This document shows positions 61,573 to 64,000 of a stretch of 64,000 nucleotides of DNA, piece by piece. This DNA is from Antechinus flavipes (lineage: Eukaryota). Each line of letters opens with the position of its first letter. Position 1 is the stretch's first letter. The translations under genes were made by a program, and so were the position numbers. The notes beneath the pieces were generated by a model. The model was not told where the DNA came from, made no database searches, and worked only from the letters and a program-made list of their open reading frames with translations. The stretch spans positions 30,194,001 through 30,258,000 of the forward strand of contig NC_067401.1 of assembly GCF_016432865.1 (NCBI RefSeq). Reading direction: 5' to 3'.

Positions 61573-64000
61573 GCGCGCGGCCCCGGATGCTGGCACTGCC
61601 CGCGGTGCCCGTGGCCACTCTCCCGGTGTCGAGCCCACAAACATTTGCACTGAACTGTTCTTCCAGACCAAAGAGCTCTCTCATCCAGGAAGCAGGTGCC
61701 CTGCCAGCCTGGGTGCCCTTCTGCCCCGGCACCCCACCAAAGCCTGCCCTCTCTCAGGGTGCTCCGTGGGCACTCTGGGCAGGTGCCCGGCACGGCGGGG
61801 CAGGAAAGGCACTGGAGGATCCCAGAGCTTTGCTCCGCCTGCTGGGCACAATGGGCACGGGCACCCCTGCTGCCCCCTTGCCCCATCACACTGTGCCTTA
61901 GACAACAGCCTCACTTGTACGGGGTCTCCGAGGGAAGGGGCGAATGGCGGAATCCCCAGACAGTGGCATTTTAGTGCCAGGGGATCAGGGACAGCTTGCC
62001 CCTTTCCTGGGCCGGATAGGGCTGCCTGAGGCCCCGGGGCCTCCGTAGTCACGCCTGCGGTCCGGGCCCTGACCTTGCTCTGAGCAGGCCCCCTCGGCGC
62101 TGACTGGATGGGGTTGGGGCGACGGAGGGGGGGCAGCTTCTGGGATCTCCCGCCAGCACCCCCCAAGCTGGAACAGCCGCCGTCCATAAGGCCCCGGATA
62201 TGATCCCTGAGACTCTCTTCTCGTGTCCGTTACTCTGCCACCGGGGAGCTGTTCCTTGGGTTAAACTTTGCTTTTCAAAATCATCCGATAAGGAATAAGT
62301 CCCAGACTCCAGGAGTGGGTGTGGGACAGCTGGACAAAGGGCCGTGGGTTTAGGTCCCAAGTGACCCAGACCGGTGACCCTTTGTCTCCCGGACGAGGTG
62401 CCTGCCCTCGTTCCCAGTCCCAGGTTACGCTGGCCGGCTTTGCCGCCCCCTCCTCAGAGGCAGAGGTCGGTGGCTCCCTCCGTCACATCTCGGGCCCCTT
62501 GTCCCATCTGACTTCGGAATCTCCGAGCCAGAAGGGCCTGGAAGCCATATTATGGAGGAAGAAGCGGGCCCAGAGGAGAAATGACTCACCCACTATCCAA
62601 CGGGCGGCAAAGGGAGATTTGGACCTGGTTCTCCGGAGCCCCCGTCCCCTTCCCCTGGCCTCGGTGCCCGCCTCCTCCCCTGCATTTCACCCTCAGCTCT
62701 GTTCCTTCCTCTCCCATGAGGGACGTGCAGGAGGCGAGGCAGGGCTCGGTGGGCCAGAATCTTCTGCTCTGGAGACGGGCCTGCCCCGGAAGCCCCCTCT
62801 CTGCCCAGAGGAAGCTGTTGTTTCACTGCCCGCCCCCAGACTCAGAGTTAAGGTGGCCACTGCTGCTCGGAGGTCTCTGGAGGTTTTTATTTCATTGTAT
62901 AAATGGTTCTCCGGTTTTCTGCTCTGCTCTGCCCTGGCTCACACAGATCTGACCCAGTTTCTCTTAATTCTGCGTATTCATCGCTGCTTGTGGTGCCGTA
63001 AGTCCGGCCGCAGCTATCCCGGGGGGGGCACCCACTGCCAAGAAGCCTGTTCCCAGCATGGCGGCGCTCTCTGGGGCCTGTCCGGGCCTCCTGGCCGGGG
63101 CCCACGCAGTATCATCCGGAGGGCCGGCCTCTAGGCCGATCGTGTCTCCTTACCCAGGGCTTCCGCCGGCCTGTAGGAGACCCCCCCTCTCCCCCGCCAC
63201 TGGGCGAGTGACTGGCCCCTCTGGGCCGGGCTCCTTCTCTGGGAATGACCCCCAGTCATCCCTGGGACCCCCTAAAGCCTCACGGAGGCAGAACCTCAGT
63301 CCTTCGTCTTTGTTCCCTCTTCGGGATGTTTAGTCTAAGGCCAGTTACCCAGCCTGCCTCCGGCCGGCCCTCCTGGCTGCCCCTGCCCATCCCCTCTCCC
63401 TCAAGCTTCAGCCCCCGACGTGGGCGTTCGAGGCCCTCTGTCTCCCTTTCCCATCTTGCGGTTAATTTGCCCAACTAGGCTTTTCTGCTTGTTCCCCCGA
63501 GTCTGTGGCGGCCCGTTCCAGTTCCCCTCCCCCACGAAGCCCCCTCCCCTTCCGTGCCTCCGCCACCCCCCAGGCCAAAGCGCTTTCCTTGCCTCCCCTC
63601 CGGCTTCCGTGCCTTTTGTATCCTGTCCGCCTGCAGATTTCTGTTGGAGAGGGGGCCTGTGGGACCCCAAGTGCCTCCCGTGGCACTGTATATACTGCAG
63701 GTGCTTAATAAACGCTTGTTGGCTCAAGCCTCGGGGTCATCGGTTCTGGGGCATGGGGGGGGGGGCCGGCCCTGATCTCCCCCCACGGGGCCTGGTCTGG
63801 AGTCAAGATCTCTCGTTTTACCTCCACCCCCTTATTCCAGAATAGCAGGCGTTAGGGGCTCCCCGACCCCCTGGCGGAGCCTCAGCCTGTGAGGGGCAGG
63901 AAGGGGCACTTCCTCTTGCGTGAAGGCAGAGCAGGGACCCCGGACACAGCCCCCGGGCCTCCCTCCCAGGGAGAGCAGAGCACCCATGCTTCAGGTCCGC

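Overview
Mammalian genomic DNA, almost certainly marsupial. It carries Mar1/WSINE1-type SINEs, marsupial L1 3' ends and a BovB-type RTE; the L1 tails suggest a dasyurid, which is inference. The window is a compact, very GC-rich gene cluster with the gene order I recall for human 17q11.2, inverted: FAM222B (+, last coding exon, 5' part in an N-gap), TRAF4 (-, 7 exons, 470 aa), NEK8 (-, 14 exons resolved, terminal exon ambiguous), TLCD1 (+, 4 exons, 246 aa), RPL23A (-, 5 exons, 156 aa, hosting four intronic C/D snoRNAs of the SNORD42 and SNORD4 families) and RAB34 (+, 10 exons, 259 aa). Exon boundaries were read by hand from splice signals and reading-frame continuity. There are two assembly gaps (6419-6550 and 29340-30135). 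Most other ORFs in the supplied track are GC-rich or repeat-derived artefacts. I found no clearly new biological system. The best leads are at RNA-processing level: (1) an upstream RAB34 exon whose open frame can be switched by two AG acceptors 7 nt apart between an N-extended RAB34 and a NARR-like alternative frame; (2) an apparent 52-nt ultra-short or retained last NEK8 intron; (3) a GC-AG NEK8 intron; (4) an L2 tail wedged into the NEK8 exon-2 acceptor; (5) a candidate alternative first exon of TLCD1; (6) several G-run minisatellites in introns, the largest about 1.7 kb in TRAF4 intron 1. Comparisons with human sequences are from memory, not database searches.
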